A DNA stretch of 58,272 bases from a virus (IMGVR_UViG_3300029448_000039:1-58272), one strand, 5' to 3'. Positions 9,365-18,313 are shown, counted from the stretch's first letter. Notes: generated by a model from the sequence alone, not told the origin. Numbers and translations are program-made.

Positions 9365-9817
9365 ATGTTTAAACAACCTATGTTTATTATTTGTGCTTCG
9401 CTGGCTGCCATGCTGCTAGCAACTTCAGGAGCGTTTAAACTTTATTACGATAAATCTGAAGCAGAAAAACAGAACTTAGTAACACAGTTACAACAATCAA
9501 TGAACAATCAATTGTTGTTGGAAAATTCAATAGAAGAGCAAAACAAAGAAATAGAAAAGCATTTATCTAGAGAAAAAGAATCGCAAGCACAGATAGCAGA
9601 TTTAACTGAGAAGAATAATCAAGCACAGGAACAAGTAAGTGATTTAAGGAGCAAGTTTGCTAAACATGATTTAAATATGCTCTCTATGGCTAAACCTGCT
9701 CTTATAGAAAGATTAATTAACAGAGGAACAGATAAAGTAGGCAAAGAGATAGAAGTGCTTACAAATCCAAATCAATTTAATGAAGAAATTATTTCTGACA
9801 CTAATAATACTGACTAG
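9365..9817 (+). CDS. Inner-membrane spanin (Rz-like)
   Basis: N-terminal TM helix plus long coiled coil; overlaps a lipoprotein gene. Confidence 0.75.
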   Translation: MFKQPMFIICASLAAMLLATSGAFKLYYDKSEAEKQNLVTQLQQSMNNQLLLENSIEEQNKEIEKHLSREKESQAQIADLTEKNNQAQEQVSDLRSKFAKHDLNMLSMAKPALIERLINRGTDKVGKEIEVLTNPNQFNEEIISDTNNTD

Positions 9818-10145
9818 CGGATGTTCTAGTTTAGGCTCTAGGTTTACACCTCCTGAGGTCAAGCCTGTTGAGGTTATAAGAGTAGAAAAGCCTGCACCCA
9901 TGTATCATCCCCCATTACCCAATAAAGTAATTTCTATGCCTGTAGAGTGGAAAGTTCTAACACCTGATACGATGGAAGAATACTTAGCAGATTTAAAAAA
10001 AGGTGAAGCACCATCTCAAGCATACTATGGTTTAACAAACAAAGGTTATGAAAATCTTTCTAATAACATTGCCGAAGTGAAGCGATACATCAGGCAAACA
10101 TTATCCATCATAGAATATTATCGTGAGCTAGACAAAGAGAATTAA
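9780..10145 (+). CDS. Outer-membrane spanin (Rz1-like lipoprotein)
   Basis: Lipobox LTSGC and a Pro-rich segment; overlaps the i-spanin. Confidence 0.75.
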   Translation: MKKLFLTLIILTSGCSSLGSRFTPPEVKPVEVIRVEKPAPMYHPPLPNKVISMPVEWKVLTPDTMEEYLADLKKGEAPSQAYYGLTNKGYENLSNNIAEVKRYIRQTLSIIEYYRELDKEN

Positions 10146-10213
10146 GAGTGCTTTTCGCTACTTAACTAGCACCAAAGTATTAAAGGTCGGCTATGAAATT
10201 ACCGATGTAGCTT

Positions 10214-10849
10214 TTATCTAACGACATATCCCATAAAGTTATAGCTTTGCCATACTTTAGAGACCTTACCTATCTTTTTTAGTTCTTTTTCTAATTCAGA
10301 TTCTGTCTTACAAAACATAGAATGAGATAATTGTAAGTCTTTGTCTAAAATTTGTTTACTACTAAAGCCTTTTCTTTTTTCCTGTATGTGCAATCTATGT
10401 ATAGCTTGTTGTAAAACAGGATCGTTTAAATATACTTTTTCTGCAATCAACAAGACAGCACCTTCATCTATTTGTTGTTTAAACAGTTTCAAAACTCTTT
10501 TTCTTTTGACATTTCCAAGAAATTGCAGGAAAAACATGCTAATCATCACAGAAATATTGCCATTCCATACAGCACAACTAAAAAAATCTTCAATATCTCC
10601 CTTCCAAAATTTAAAATAATCTTGTTTTTTCATGTCAATTTCATCGACACCGACATAATCGCACTCATTTATCTTAGTCAAGGAGTCCAAAAACCTACCT
10701 GTCGAACATCCAAAGTCTATAACTCTCGACTCAGGATGAGCATATTGATGAGTTATTTGTCTAAATATAGAGTCTAGTGTTGATAAATTAGGTATAGAAA
10801 GTTCTATATGCTTATCAAAGTCTTTAATTTTACTAAAATCAAATTTCAT
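10214..10849 (-). CDS. cmoA: CmoA-like (carboxy-SAM synthase family) SAM-binding protein
   Basis: FDKHIELSIP, DFGCSTG, FFLQFL, LLIAEKV, KRKGFS..QI..K, WQSYNF match CmoA hallmarks. Confidence 0.8.
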   Translation of the reverse strand: MKFDFSKIKDFDKHIELSIPNLSTLDSIFRQITHQYAHPESRVIDFGCSTGRFLDSLTKINECDYVGVDEIDMKKQDYFKFWKGDIEDFFSCAVWNGNISVMISMFFLQFLGNVKRKRVLKLFKQQIDEGAVLLIAEKVYLNDPVLQQAIHRLHIQEKRKGFSSKQILDKDLQLSHSMFCKTESELEKELKKIGKVSKVWQSYNFMGYVVR

Positions 10850-12002
10850 TATTATTTACCTTTTGTATTCTTGTTCCTAACCATTCCATGACATTTATTG
10901 ACATTGCGCGACCAACTGCTTCATATCTTTTGGATTTTGGAGCTTGTTCTTTCGGCTTATTTCGATATGGAATTTGCGTATAGTTATCGCTAAACCCTTG
11001 TAATCTCTCGCATTCTACGATTGTGAGCCTTCTGATTCTGTTTTTTGCCATAACACAAGGCTGTCTATTACCTCCTGTCATAGCGTTTAACGTAGGAGAT
11101 ATATTGTTTTTTGTTATTCTGGCATGACCATCTGGTGTATTAGGCTCAAAACACATGACTGCATGTCTATCTCCTGCGGTTAATGAATACATAGCACCAT
11201 CATCTTTTATGCCTGAGCCATTAGATTTTGTATGCGCAGTTTGTAAGGCAATTGGATCTTCAATGCATAACATTGAGTTCTCAGGAGGAGAAAACCTACC
11301 TCTTGCAGGTATAGTTCCAGAAGTTTCATTCTCTTCTAAAAAAGTACCATTCCTATCTAGCTTTCTATAAAGCTCTCTATGCATTTCCTCAGGCTTTCTG
11401 GGATCTTTGCTCCTTTCTTTTCTGCGCGGAGGAGGATTCCCTGACATTGTTTCTTGGTCAAATAATACTTTTGCGCTACTTTTCCAGTCTCCAAGACATC
11501 CGACAACGAAGATACGTCTCCTTCTTTGTGGGATTGCTCTTGGAAATCGTTGTGTTCTGATGTATTGAGTGTCAAGAACCCTGTATGCGAACCCATACCT
11601 GAGTTCTGCCAATGCTCCGAAGAAGGTAGCAAGATCTTTTCCATCGTTAGATGACAAGATTCCGGGGACATTTTCCCAGAGTATCCATTTCGGCTTAATT
11701 CTTTGAGCCAAGCGAATAAACTCAAGTGCGAGATTCCCTCTATCTTCTCCCATGCCTCCTCTAAGTCCTGCGATTGAGAAGGTAGCGCATGGTGTTCCTC
11801 CAACAAGGATGTCTGGTGTGGCTCGCAAGTCTGATCTTTCGATTTGTGTGAAGTCCCCATAATTTTTTACCTCAGGATAATGATAATCAAGCACAGCCGA
11901 TCTAAATGGATCAATCTCAGCTAAACCGAGACATTCAAAACCAAGCGGATGCCATGCAACTCCTACTGATTCTATTCCACTACATATGGATAAATATTTC
12001 AT
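10839..12002 (-). CDS. C5-cytosine DNA transferase (Dcm family) with atypical cofactor-pocket residues
   Basis: Motifs I (SICSGI), IV (GGTPCATFS), VI (WENVPG), VIII (PQRRRRIF), IX (RRLTIVECERLQGF), X (RYEAVGRAM). Confidence 0.92.
   Translation of the reverse strand: MKYLSICSGIESVGVAWHPLGFECLGLAEIDPFRSAVLDYHYPEVKNYGDFTQIERSDLRATPDILVGGTPCATFSIAGLRGGMGEDRGNLALEFIRLAQRIKPKWILWENVPGILSSNDGKDLATFFGALAELRYGFAYRVLDTQYIRTQRFPRAIPQRRRRIFVVGCLGDWKSSAKVLFDQETMSGNPPPRRKERSKDPRKPEEMHRELYRKLDRNGTFLEENETSGTIPARGRFSPPENSMLCIEDPIALQTAHTKSNGSGIKDDGAMYSLTAGDRHAVMCFEPNTPDGHARITKNNISPTLNAMTGGNRQPCVMAKNRIRRLTIVECERLQGFSDNYTQIPYRNKPKEQAPKSKRYEAVGRAMSINVMEWLGTRIQKVNNNEI
11357..11860 (-). CDS. Nested alternative-frame ORF inside the MTase gene (possible second subunit)
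   Basis: 167 aa on the same strand; SD GAGGT 8 nt before the ATG; SSLSDVLE...KYYL motif. Confidence 0.6.
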   Translation of the reverse strand: MGTSHKSKDQTCEPHQTSLLEEHHALPSQSQDLEEAWEKIEGISHLSLFAWLKELSRNGYSGKMSPESCHLTMEKILLPSSEHWQNSGMGSHTGFLTLNTSEHNDFQEQSHKEGDVSSLSDVLETGKVAQKYYLTKKQCQGILLRAEKKGAKIPESLRKCIESFIES

Positions 12003-12200
12003 TTATTTTTGTTTTTTTATAACTAAATCATATTCTAAGGCATTAAAAACCTTCTCTAGAGTGCTAATTTTAGGCTCATGTATTCCTCTTTCCATGCATG
12101 AGAGATAATGTTTAGACATTCCTATAATTTCTCCTAATTGTTCTAAAGTTAATTTTCTATTATGTCTAGCTTCTCTAAGCTCACTACTCCAATTAGTCAT
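12003..12200 (-). CDS. XRE-family HTH regulator
   Basis: LREARHNRKLTLEQLGEIIGMSKHYLSCMERG..EPKISTLEKVFNAL. Confidence 0.9.
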   Translation of the reverse strand: MTNWSSELREARHNRKLTLEQLGEIIGMSKHYLSCMERGIHEPKISTLEKVFNALEYDLVIKKQK

Positions 12201-12658
12201 ACGACACCTTTATCTCTTTTTAAAAAATCTTGTAAATGTAAGTTTAAACGCTGTTGTGCAGATGGAGATGTCTTGATTTCTGACCTGCTACCGACACGAC
12301 AAACATTTCTAATTACATGAGCACAAAGCTCTTCATCTTCTAGATCCAACTGTTTAATATTCCATTTCTCTGCGTTTAAACGAACCCAAGTTTGATAATC
12401 AGCATCTTTACAGATTAAACATGCTCTTGATAAAGCTCTTTCTCCTTCATTTTTAGCTTTAGCTTGCATCGGTTCTTCTTGATCATTTATCTGAACACAA
12501 GCAACCATGTATCTTGAGCCTATTGCAGATACAGCCATATCAGGAGGAATATCATCAGGATGTAAAACAAAAGATAGAACAACTCCATCTTTAGTTTGTC
12601 TATAGGCATACTTCTTGCATTCAAAATGCTCTGCCATATTTTCTATCTCATTTTTCAT
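12197..12658 (-). CDS. Hypothetical phage protein
   Basis: 153 aa; ATGA-coupled. Confidence 0.7.
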   Translation of the reverse strand: MKNEIENMAEHFECKKYAYRQTKDGVVLSFVLHPDDIPPDMAVSAIGSRYMVACVQINDQEEPMQAKAKNEGERALSRACLICKDADYQTWVRLNAEKWNIKQLDLEDEELCAHVIRNVCRVGSRSEIKTSPSAQQRLNLHLQDFLKRDKGVV

Positions 12659-12885
12659 TTGTCTATTCTCCTCAATAAACTTCTAATATGTTTTCTTTCT
12701 AAATGATCTATATCAAAATCATATGCAGAAAATTCATAGCCTCTAGGTGTGATTTTATATGGTTTAGGTATATCACCTGTTTTGATTACATATGCAGATA
12801 ACAATAAATACCAGATTAAAGATTGGTCATCTTCATGTAATTGAGCTAATATTTTTCTTGCGCTAGGTCTTGGAATTGTTGACAT
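12655..12885 (-). CDS. Hypothetical protein
   Basis: 76 aa in an operon. Confidence 0.6.
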   Translation of the reverse strand: MSTIPRPSARKILAQLHEDDQSLIWYLLLSAYVIKTGDIPKPYKITPRGYEFSAYDFDIDHLERKHIRSLLRRIDK

Positions 12886-12888
12886 AAT

Positions 12889-13179
12889 TTATCCTTTTTC
12901 ATTGTTGAATATTTTCCAATTATTTTCTGCCCATTTAATAGGATCAATGCCTTGCAATGCCCACCATTGCGATTCATTGCCATAAGCATGTAAGTTAAAA
13001 TGATGTTCTTGACACAATGGTACTGCCCATTGATCTCCTGTCCTTCTCATGCCTCTAAGACCTTGTGCATGAGTTAAATGATGTGCCTGAGGAGGTCTAT
13101 GACAGATTAGACAACCATGCTCACGCACGTTTTGTAAATACTTTTGACTTCTTACTTTGTCTGCCCAATCTTTATTCAT
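12889..13179 (-). CDS. DUF968-like HNH-type zinc-binding protein
   Basis: CLIC...AHH...D.WAVPLC..HH...H. Confidence 0.75.
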   Translation of the reverse strand: MNKDWADKVRSQKYLQNVREHGCLICHRPPQAHHLTHAQGLRGMRRTGDQWAVPLCQEHHFNLHAYGNESQWWALQGIDPIKWAENNWKIFNNEKG

Positions 13180-13534
13180 AATCTCTTGGTGTCAACTCTG
13201 AATACTTAGAAGCATCATCATATTTGCTAGTTTGTGTTCTTGTTCTAAAAAATCCATCGTATTGTGAATACATTTTCATGAATCTTCTTGCATAGAATGC
13301 ACGATAATTATTATTTAACTTAAAAGAATGGTTAGAATCGCCACCTACATCGTCTTTTTCCCATCTTATTCTTTCAAAAATAGCATTTACACTGTAATTC
13401 TTGAATCCTCTATGCACTCTATCTAATGTAAATTGAACAAATAAATCCCAAACCTCAGGATTATCTCGATGAAAATCGCTTACTTGTTCTCTCATTTGAT
13501 CATGCCTTGATTTACCATTTGGTTTTATTTCCAT
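13172..13534 (-). CDS. Conserved hypothetical phage protein
   Basis: AIFERIRWE...FKLNNNYRAFYAR; SD GGAGG. Confidence 0.75.
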   Translation of the reverse strand: MEIKPNGKSRHDQMREQVSDFHRDNPEVWDLFVQFTLDRVHRGFKNYSVNAIFERIRWEKDDVGGDSNHSFKLNNNYRAFYARRFMKMYSQYDGFFRTRTQTSKYDDASKYSELTPRDYE

Positions 13535-13554
13535 ATTGCCTCCACAAGTTAGGT

Positions 13555-13684
13555 GAATATTGTGGCGATGAGGACTGGGTGCTTTTCATCTAGACTTACG
13601 TTATCCTCTCACTTAGCGCGACCTGATATCTCAAATGTTCTCAGGCTTTTTCCCTTTAACCCTACTGGACGTACCACAATATTC
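13555..13684 (-). ncRNA. Candidate structured RNA element
   Basis: Perfect 11-bp closing stem GAATATTGTGG/CCACAATATTC with internal hairpins, filling an intergenic gap. Confidence 0.45.
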
Positions 13685-13699
13685 GTTTAAACACTCAAA

Positions 13700-13951
13700 T
13701 CAAAAAGGTATATCATCGTATGTAATATCACTAGGTGATGATTCTTTTTGTGTTTGATTCTCTTTCTTTTTAAATCTCAAACCTTGCCATTTTTCCTCGC
13801 TATCGTTTTTAGTTCCAGTATTAGTGTATGCATCAACCCAATACTCAACACCATCAACTAAAGCACTACCTCTCATATGTGCATGCCAATCTTCTGTTTT
13901 ATTTTTATTTTTAAAAATACTACCACTATTATCTTTTCTTTCGTAAGCCAT
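13700..13951 (-). CDS. Small SSB-like protein
   Basis: Acidic DDIPF C-terminus; follows the recombinase. Confidence 0.65.
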   Translation of the reverse strand: MAYERKDNSGSIFKNKNKTEDWHAHMRGSALVDGVEYWVDAYTNTGTKNDSEEKWQGLRFKKKENQTQKESSPSDITYDDIPF

Positions 13952-14739
13952 TATTTCTTTTCCTTTTTAATCATTTCTTCACGCATTTTTGACATTTCTC
14001 CTAACCACACTTGCCATGCAGTTTGAGACACCTCTCCTTTTACATCTTTCAAGGATTCTATTGAGTCTTTCCATATTTGTTCAATCTCCTGTGAATTTAC
14101 TGCTACATCCATATCAGCAATTGCTTTTTCGGATACGCTTGTAAATTTTTCAGTAGGATCTTTCAAATCGAAAATTTCTTTAATCGTTTCTTCTACTTCT
14201 TCGTCTGGGATCTTTTTTGCTAAACCTTTCTCTTCCATAGACTCTTTCATTTCCTCAGCAGTCTGTGCTTTTTTAGGCTCTTTTTTCTTAGGTTTATCTT
14301 TGGTTACAGCATCTTGAGGAATTTCAGCTTTTTCATTGATAGCATGATCAACCTCTTCAAATGAGGCATAGTTTCCTCCGCTCAAGCCACACGCTGAAAG
14401 CGCACGCCCGATTGATGACGTAAGGCAGTTCTCGACTGCACTTGTCTTATTAACCATACCTGAGCCTCTAAATTCTTCGGCAAAGTCATTGGCTATTTCT
14501 CTCCATGATCCATCTTTATGAACATGAACAGTAGTCTCAGTCATAACTCTGTTTGCATCTGCTACATGCACCTTACTAATTATCTTTCCATCCACACCGA
14601 ATGCCTCACGAAATGCTTGCACTCTCGTATGTACTTCGGCATACATCTTGCCTTTTATTGAAACTTTGTCTTTGTCAGGCAAATCTGCCATCTGTTTTAC
14701 TGCAAGTATTAATTTGTCTTTCTCATTTTGTTTGCTCAT
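13951..14739 (-). CDS. Single-strand annealing recombinase (Rad52/Sak-like)
   Basis: IKGKMYAEVHTRV..FRE, SAVENCLTSSIGRAL; lies between exonuclease and SSB. Confidence 0.65.
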   Translation of the reverse strand: MSKQNEKDKLILAVKQMADLPDKDKVSIKGKMYAEVHTRVQAFREAFGVDGKIISKVHVADANRVMTETTVHVHKDGSWREIANDFAEEFRGSGMVNKTSAVENCLTSSIGRALSACGLSGGNYASFEEVDHAINEKAEIPQDAVTKDKPKKKEPKKAQTAEEMKESMEEKGLAKKIPDEEVEETIKEIFDLKDPTEKFTSVSEKAIADMDVAVNSQEIEQIWKDSIESLKDVKGEVSQTAWQVWLGEMSKMREEMIKKEKK

Positions 14740-15598
14740 TTTGCACCTTTAATGATTGATATTGAAAACAAAACTCAGCGACATCACAAAAGTTATCACA
14801 TCTCATATTGATACCTTTTCTATGCTCTATGCTGTGTTTGTCTTTATCTTTTAATGCCGATATGAATGTCTCGGCTTCCTCTTCTAAATCGAAAACCCTA
14901 ACAGCAGTTTTCCTTCCTTCTTTGCGTACAGCAAATTTCTCTCCACGCAACCATCTTTCATCCTCTGTGCACTCAGGTAAATCGCCTTCTCTGGCTTTTT
15001 TATGTATGAGTACACGTTCACGAACAAAATCATCGGCATCCTGCTCACTCCACATATTTATATTCTGTATATGGACATCTCTCTCAGGATAACCTTTTAC
15101 TCTATCTACTTGATGTTTCGACCAATCTTTAATTAGGTTTATTATCTGCAAACCAGATATCTCTATGCCATTTTGACGAGCTAACCAAGCATATATATTT
15201 AGCTGTTGTTCATCGCTTATGCCTCCATTCATGACACCATAAACTTTCCTTGTTTTATAATCTTGTATAACACGAGAGCCATCCTCCTGTACCTCTTGGA
15301 CATCTAATTGTCCAGATACCCTCCAACCATCACAATTAGCGAAAAGTCTCTCTTCGGTGATATAACCATCTGTCTCGCCTTGTTCTAATATCCAATGTAC
15401 TGCCCTTCCAAACAATGACCACACTTCCGATGTGACATCTCTCTGTATTTGGTCATCATAGTGGTCAAACAAAGCAGACATACGAGCAGGGCGCATAAGA
15501 CCTGTTGCCGAAATAACAGCATCTCCCTTGCTATAACTGTCTCTTTTGATAGCATTAGCTAAGGGTGCAGGCAAATTGTGAGTGTTAATATACTCCAT
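14723..15598 (-). CDS. PD-(D/E)XK exonuclease (Cas4/RecB-like fold)
   Basis: G.AVH..LE, SGQLD, IQDYKT, QLNIY, C-terminal CDNFCDVAEFC; SD GGAG at the 15598 start. Confidence 0.85.
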   Translation of the reverse strand: MEYINTHNLPAPLANAIKRDSYSKGDAVISATGLMRPARMSALFDHYDDQIQRDVTSEVWSLFGRAVHWILEQGETDGYITEERLFANCDGWRVSGQLDVQEVQEDGSRVIQDYKTRKVYGVMNGGISDEQQLNIYAWLARQNGIEISGLQIINLIKDWSKHQVDRVKGYPERDVHIQNINMWSEQDADDFVRERVLIHKKAREGDLPECTEDERWLRGEKFAVRKEGRKTAVRVFDLEEEAETFISALKDKDKHSIEHRKGINMRCDNFCDVAEFCFQYQSLKVQNEQTK

Positions 15599-15628
15599 GA
15601 TTCTCCATTGTTGCGATAAAACATAACC

Positions 15629-15657
15629 ATTATGAAGAAAGAAAAACGACAAGTCAA
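15629..15657 (-). promoter_or_regulatory. Sigma70-type promoter of the recombination/modification operon
   Basis: TTGACT-17nt-CATAAT on the minus strand. Confidence 0.75.
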
Positions 15658-16030
15658 CCAGATAATTTATGGAGAATGTTGCTCCAAAGCAAACTCTCGT
15701 AGATTGGTGCATTTTGGAGGTAAACCTAGATTCATCAAAAGCAAAAAAGCATTAGTTTTTGAGCGTGATGTGCAACTGCAAGCTAAAAAAATAAAACCGA
15801 TGCTCGAAGGCGATCTCATGATTGAAGCCGATATATATTACTCGTCTCGCAGACCAGATCTAGATGAAAGTATCCTTCTGGATGCTTTGCAAGGCATCTG
15901 GTATCAAAACGATAGAGCGTTTAAACATAAAGTTATACGAAAGTTTCTAGACAAGAAAAATCCGAGATGTGAAGTAACAGTAACCGAAATTGATTGGGAT
16001 GAAAAAAAACCTCCTACAACCATAAATTGA
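15632..16030 (+). CDS. RusA-like Holliday junction resolvase
   Basis: SKANSRR, RRPDLDES.LLDALQG.WYQNDR, DKKNPRCEVTV. Confidence 0.85.
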   Translation: MKKEKRQVNQIIYGECCSKANSRRLVHFGGKPRFIKSKKALVFERDVQLQAKKIKPMLEGDLMIEADIYYSSRRPDLDESILLDALQGIWYQNDRAFKHKVIRKFLDKKNPRCEVTVTEIDWDEKKPPTTIN

Positions 16031-16319
16031 GGAGGTCTTTAGTTCTTCATCGCAACATGAAGGGCAAATCAGTTCGGTGGAGGTGAGAACAGTTTGCAAG
16101 ATGAATTTTACTATGGTATTTTTATTTTGCAAGCTGATCACAGCTAAATGTGGTGGGGGCACGACTGACGACTAATCCGCAAGTCTAATACCTTCAAACT
16201 CTCATTTTTTTACAATGGGGGGTTTGGGGGGCATACCTCAGACTTTCCGAAGTCTAATACAGACATACTGTAACATGTTGATTTACTTAGTTAATTTTAT
16301 CGCAAATGGAGAATATAAT

Positions 16320-16604
16320 ATGGAAAGATACAGATTTAAAGGTAATGTAATAAAGCTTACCGAATCAGATTTTGAAAGATGGCAAAAAGCCTACAAAAAC
16401 ATTCCTAACCTACAAGCACATCTATTTTCAAGAGATGAATGGTTTCACAAAAAAGCAGAATATGCGCAGAAAACAAGATGGTATCTTTCAACAGCTTCAT
16501 ATCTGGCAAAATTAGACGCGCAATACGCTAAAGATAACGCAACAGATGAAATGGGCAGGAAAATAGATGCGAATGGCAAAAAAGTATTTAGGACATTGCC
16601 ATGA
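16320..16604 (+). CDS. Hypothetical replication-module protein
   Basis: SD GGAG; ATGA-coupled to the primase-helicase. Confidence 0.65.
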   Translation: MERYRFKGNVIKLTESDFERWQKAYKNIPNLQAHLFSRDEWFHKKAEYAQKTRWYLSTASYLAKLDAQYAKDNATDEMGRKIDANGKKVFRTLP

Positions 16605-18313
16605 AATCATTCTCAGAAAAATTAATTAACGAAGGTTTTAACATATCATCTTTAAAAGAAGGGCAATCAAAAATGAAATGCCCATCTTGCAGTCACACAA
16701 GAAAGAAAAATAAGAGTGATACTTGTCTATCATTTTCTTTGGACAGTCAAGGTGCTAAATGGAATTGTCATCATTGTGATTGGACAGGGAATGTCTGGAG
16801 GAATGATGATAGTAGTTACCCTGAATCGTTTAAACAAACAAAACCGAAGTTCAACGATGATATTGAGACTTATCCTCTCACCGAAGAATTCTTAGATTGG
16901 TTCATCAATGAAAGAAAAATAGAAAAAAGAGTGTTAGATATAGCGGAAGTTCGATGTGCAAACACCTTTATCGGTGGAAAAAAACAAAAAGCAATCGCTT
17001 TTTTACATAGAAACAATGGACAAACTACTAATATCAAGTTCAGGACACTAGATAAATCCTTCTCACAGACACCAAATGGCACAAGACTACCTTATTTATG
17101 GAGTTTAGTTGACCAAAATGACGATAAATTGATCATAGTAGAGGGAGAAATGGATGCTCTAGCTTGTATGTCAGCAGGTCTTAACAATGTCATTTCAGTC
17201 CCAGATGGGGCAGGTGACAAGAAAATGTCTTGGTTAGAATCCTTGCATGATGAGCTTAAATCGTTTAAACAGATAATATTATTTACAGATGATGACAAGC
17301 AAGGTATTGAATTAAGAGAAGAATTAGCTCGAAGGCTTGGAAAAGTGAGATGTTGGAAAGTGTCTTTACCGAGTGGTCATAAGGATGCGAATGATATGTT
17401 AAACAATGGAGAGGTAGCTTTGTTGGATGTTGTCGATAATGCGACTCCATATCCATTGAAAGATCTTCGAGAAACGCATGACTTTCTCGAAAATGCTTTG
17501 CGCCTGTTACATGGAGATGTTCGCACAGGATTATCTACTGGTATAAAAGCAATGGATGGTAACGCAGATGGCAGTTCAGGCGCGTATCGTGTTCGTGCAG
17601 GAGAGTTAACACTCGTATCAGGAGTACCTAATGGCGGTAAATCAGAGCTTTTAGATGCAATCATTCTCAGCTTGGCAAAGAGTCACGCTCATAGATTTGC
17701 CATATGTAGCTTTGAAAACCCTGTCGATGAACATATAAATAAATTGGTAGCCAAATTAGTTGGTAAACCGACTTGGGATGTAGCTTCTGGTAACAAAGTA
17801 AGAGATGACGAATGGTATCCTGCGGTTGAATTTATTCAAGAACATTTCTATTGGATTCGTAGTGAGGACGAGCCTCCGACTATTGAATGGTGTTTAAACA
17901 CAGCATCGAATGCAGTACAGAGGTATCCGAATCTTCGTGGTTTGGTTTTAGATCCTTACAATGAATTTGAGCATAAAAGACCTACTGGATATACCGAAAC
18001 CGAATATGTGTCATTGATGTTAGCGCAGATAAAAAGATGGGCATCGACACATGGTGTTCATGTATGGCTTGTCGCGCATCCGACTAAACTTAGGAGAAAC
18101 ATGGATGGAAGTTTTCCGACTCCGACAGCGCAGGACATATCAGGCTCGGCTAATTTCTACAACAAATGTGACAATCTATTGATTGTTGAGAGAGATTTCA
18201 CTCCAAACTCTAACGATGTAAGAGTTCATGTGAAGAAGATTAGATTCAGACAATCAGGAAGATTGGGTGTTATTGAATTGAAATATGATGCGAACACAGG
18301 AAGATACAGTTAA
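16601..18313 (+). CDS. Primase-helicase (T7 gp4/Twinkle-like)
   Basis: Zn finger CPSC..CHHC, TOPRIM VEGEMDAL/DDDKQG, Walker A GVPNGGKS, LVAHPTK, DISGS. Confidence 0.95.
   Translation: MKSFSEKLINEGFNISSLKEGQSKMKCPSCSHTRKKNKSDTCLSFSLDSQGAKWNCHHCDWTGNVWRNDDSSYPESFKQTKPKFNDDIETYPLTEEFLDWFINERKIEKRVLDIAEVRCANTFIGGKKQKAIAFLHRNNGQTTNIKFRTLDKSFSQTPNGTRLPYLWSLVDQNDDKLIIVEGEMDALACMSAGLNNVISVPDGAGDKKMSWLESLHDELKSFKQIILFTDDDKQGIELREELARRLGKVRCWKVSLPSGHKDANDMLNNGEVALLDVVDNATPYPLKDLRETHDFLENALRLLHGDVRTGLSTGIKAMDGNADGSSGAYRVRAGELTLVSGVPNGGKSELLDAIILSLAKSHAHRFAICSFENPVDEHINKLVAKLVGKPTWDVASGNKVRDDEWYPAVEFIQEHFYWIRSEDEPPTIEWCLNTASNAVQRYPNLRGLVLDPYNEFEHKRPTGYTETEYVSLMLAQIKRWASTHGVHVWLVAHPTKLRRNMDGSFPTPTAQDISGSANFYNKCDNLLIVERDFTPNSNDVRVHVKKIRFRQSGRLGVIELKYDANTGRYS

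Noticed and set aside
10839-12200. Complete type II restriction-modification system
   Set aside because: No cognate restriction endonuclease is recognisable next to the transferase; the neighbour is CmoA-like.
13555-13684. tRNA gene
   Set aside because: No T-loop GTTC motif or cloverleaf of the right size on either strand.
14723-15598. Cas4 as evidence of a CRISPR-Cas locus
   Set aside because: It is a solo PD-(D/E)XK nuclease in an exonuclease-recombinase-SSB module, with no other cas genes or array.
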